Assembly: GCA_000004985.1 (NCBI GenBank)
Contig: GG739015.1
Length of the DNA stretch: 10,497 nucleotides
Origin: Naegleria gruberi
Taxonomy: Eukaryota
Strand: one strand, 5' to 3'
Shown here: positions 9,273 to 10,497 of the stretch, piece after piece
Layout of the letters: each line of letters opens with the position of its first letter
Position numbering within the stretch: position 1 is the first letter of the stretch
Program-made: the position numbers and the translations under genes
The notes under the pieces: model-generated
Database searches by the model: none
Told to the model about the DNA's origin: nothing
Seen by the model: the letters and a program-made list of their open reading frames with translations, nothing else

Positions 9273-9382
9273 TTACCATTAAATTATTCATCATTATCCA
9301 ATAAATCTATTGCATTTAAATTGAATAACTGTAAATAAATTAAATAAATTAAATAAATTAAACAAATTACCATTAAATTATT
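9273..9382. repeat. A 16-bp direct repeat ttaccattaaattatt (9273..9288 and 9367..9382) flanking the minisatellite segment.
   Basis: Identical 16-mers separated by 78 bp. Possibly a duplication, a footprint or a TSD-like structure. Confidence 0.6.
9332..9367. repeat. Tandem 9-mer minisatellite, (TAAATAAAT)x3 plus one variant copy.
   Basis: taaataaat taaataaat taaataaat taaacaaat read directly. Confidence 0.9.
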
Positions 9383-9498
9383 GTACTCGTGACTCACCCG
9401 ATTGAATTAAAATCTTCATCAAATAAATCAACCTCTGTAAATACCATTGCTGATTAATTAAATTGTTGAATATCAATTATTATTATTGTATTTAAAGA

Positions 9499-9548
9499 NN
9501 NNNNNNNNNNNNNNNNNNNNNNNNNNNNNNNNNNNNNNNNNNNNNNNN
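9499..9548. other. Assembly gap (50 N), probably a placeholder of unknown size.
   Basis: A run of exactly 50 n. Confidence 1.
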
Positions 9549-9776
9549 TAATCAGAATCAGAAGAACTATTTGAATTCTCTGTTGAAATTTCCTCTCTAA
9601 CTCTCTTCTAGCTGTTATTCTTTTCATTCTCCTTTGATACATCATGATCACCCTTCTTCGATTTCTTCCCAGGGATCTCTTCAACTACATTTGCAGTGGA
9701 TTCACCATTTGAATTCTCACCCTCCAATTTGCTTTAGCTTTAACAATCTAGTACTTGGCAAGCTTGCTCTTATTTC

Positions 9777-10058
9777 TCAATACTTTGCCCATTCATTCGA
9801 TAATAATCTTGAATAATTAGCGGATCCGTCAAGCTCTGTTATTGGTTTCTTTAAAATTGATGTGCAAACATGTAAGATCTGAGCAGTTTTCACGGAAAGC
9901 TCACAAATTTCAACGTTAACACTATTACTTGATCGCCATGTTGAATAGTCAAGAGCGATAATTGGATGATATCTTGATTTTAGACTTTGGTGTACCAGCT
10001 TGGTTATTATCTGAATCTGAATCCGAATCTGATCAGGGCATGAAATCAAAATCTCCAA
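9777..10058 (-). CDS. Unassigned 93-aa ORF, possibly an exon of an unknown gene or non-coding.
   Basis: M-to-stop ORF MEILISCPDQIRIQIQIITKLVHQSLKSRYHPIIALDYSTWRSSNSVNVEICELSVKTAQILHVCTSILKKPITELDGSANYSRLLSNEWAKY. A short adjacent minus-strand open frame (~10066..10260) lies in another frame. No family is recognisable. Confidence 0.15.
   Translation of the reverse strand: MEILISCPDQIRIQIQIITKLVHQSLKSRYHPIIALDYSTWRSSNSVNVEICELSVKTAQILHVCTSILKKPITELDGSANYSRLLSNEWAKY
10011..10034. repeat. Imperfect hexamer tandem repeat, (CTGAAT)-like x4.
   Basis: ctgaat ctgaat ccgaat ctgatc. On the minus strand it encodes QIRIQIQI within the 9777..10058 ORF. Confidence 0.8.
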
Positions 10059-10497
10059 TTTTTAATCAAGATTGAAATGATTCCAGTTCTTTATTGGGAG
10101 AAATTCGATCTCCTCTTCCTGAAACAAAAATATCCTTCATTTCTTCACAAATCTTATTCGCAGATTTAATATCTTGCTGAATTGGAACATATGTTGTTGA
10201 AAGAGTGAAAATGAGACCTTCTCCAAAAAGGCAGAATTCATTGCTAAGGGCCGTACAATCAACAGCATATAACTAGTTCACAGAAAATTTGGAGTTGCCT
10301 TCTTTACGGAAACAAATCTTGCTAATCCTTTAACACCTGCAGAACAAGTTCAATAGAATCCATTACGTATTATGATAGGTGTCAATTATGTGATCTTCTT
10401 GATCTGAATGAACCCTTAAACTCAGGACAATGTATTGCTGGCAACTATGTAGTGAGTAAGAAACGAGATGCTTTGATACAAAAACCAAGAAGGTTTG

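Noticed and set aside
9454-9816. ORFs 9454..9684 (-) and 9634..9816 (+).
   Set aside because: One spans the 50-N gap, so part of it is X. Both are short and compositionally biased (R-rich or H-rich), with no recognisable motifs. Not reportable as genes.
1-10497. CRISPR arrays, prokaryotic defence or operon-like systems, tRNA/rRNA genes.
   Set aside because: There are no regularly spaced direct repeats with unique spacers and no tRNA-like T-arm or acceptor motifs. The gene content and architecture are eukaryotic, so nothing supports such calls.

Overview
This is eukaryotic nuclear DNA from a low-quality draft assembly. It is AT-rich and has no prokaryotic operon structure, tRNA/rRNA gene or CRISPR array. 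Two runs of N break the window: a 4,742-bp scaffold gap at 1693..6434 and a 50-bp gap at 9499..9548. A single ambiguous base sits at 8069. The only confidently identifiable gene is a minus-strand PLS-class pentatricopeptide-repeat (PPR) protein with a C-terminal DYW-type cytidine-deaminase domain, at about 6943..8681. Its reading frame is broken by a frameshift near 7717..7746 and by an in-frame TGA at 7309..7311. The DYW domain also carries two in-frame internal deletions: the PG-box region is missing and about 9 residues are gone before CSCxEYW. The HxE and CxxCH zinc/catalytic motifs and a terminal EYW are kept. This points to a land-plant nuclear genome, although DYW-bearing protists cannot be excluded from sequence alone. 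The gene looks like a decaying RNA-editing-factor paralogue, a naturally truncated DYW variant, or partly the product of draft errors. Directly downstream on the minus strand, about 190 bp from the PPR stop, the N-terminus of an unidentified protein (MIRKKMCTNNNNNNTL...) runs into the big gap. The roughly 450 bp upstream of the PPR start is extremely AT-rich. It holds a dense cluster of palindromes, inverted repeats and repeated CG-containing words of the TTAACG/CGTTAA/CGTAAA type. This is either a MITE-like remnant or a cis-regulatory module. Other candidates are a small GC-richer ORF at 883..1094 encoding a possible single-pass membrane peptide, a 9-mer minisatellite flanked by 16-bp direct repeats, and a hexamer repeat. 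No novel defence or mobile system can be supported. The most interesting biology is the oddly eroded DYW deaminase gene and the palindrome cluster in its promoter.
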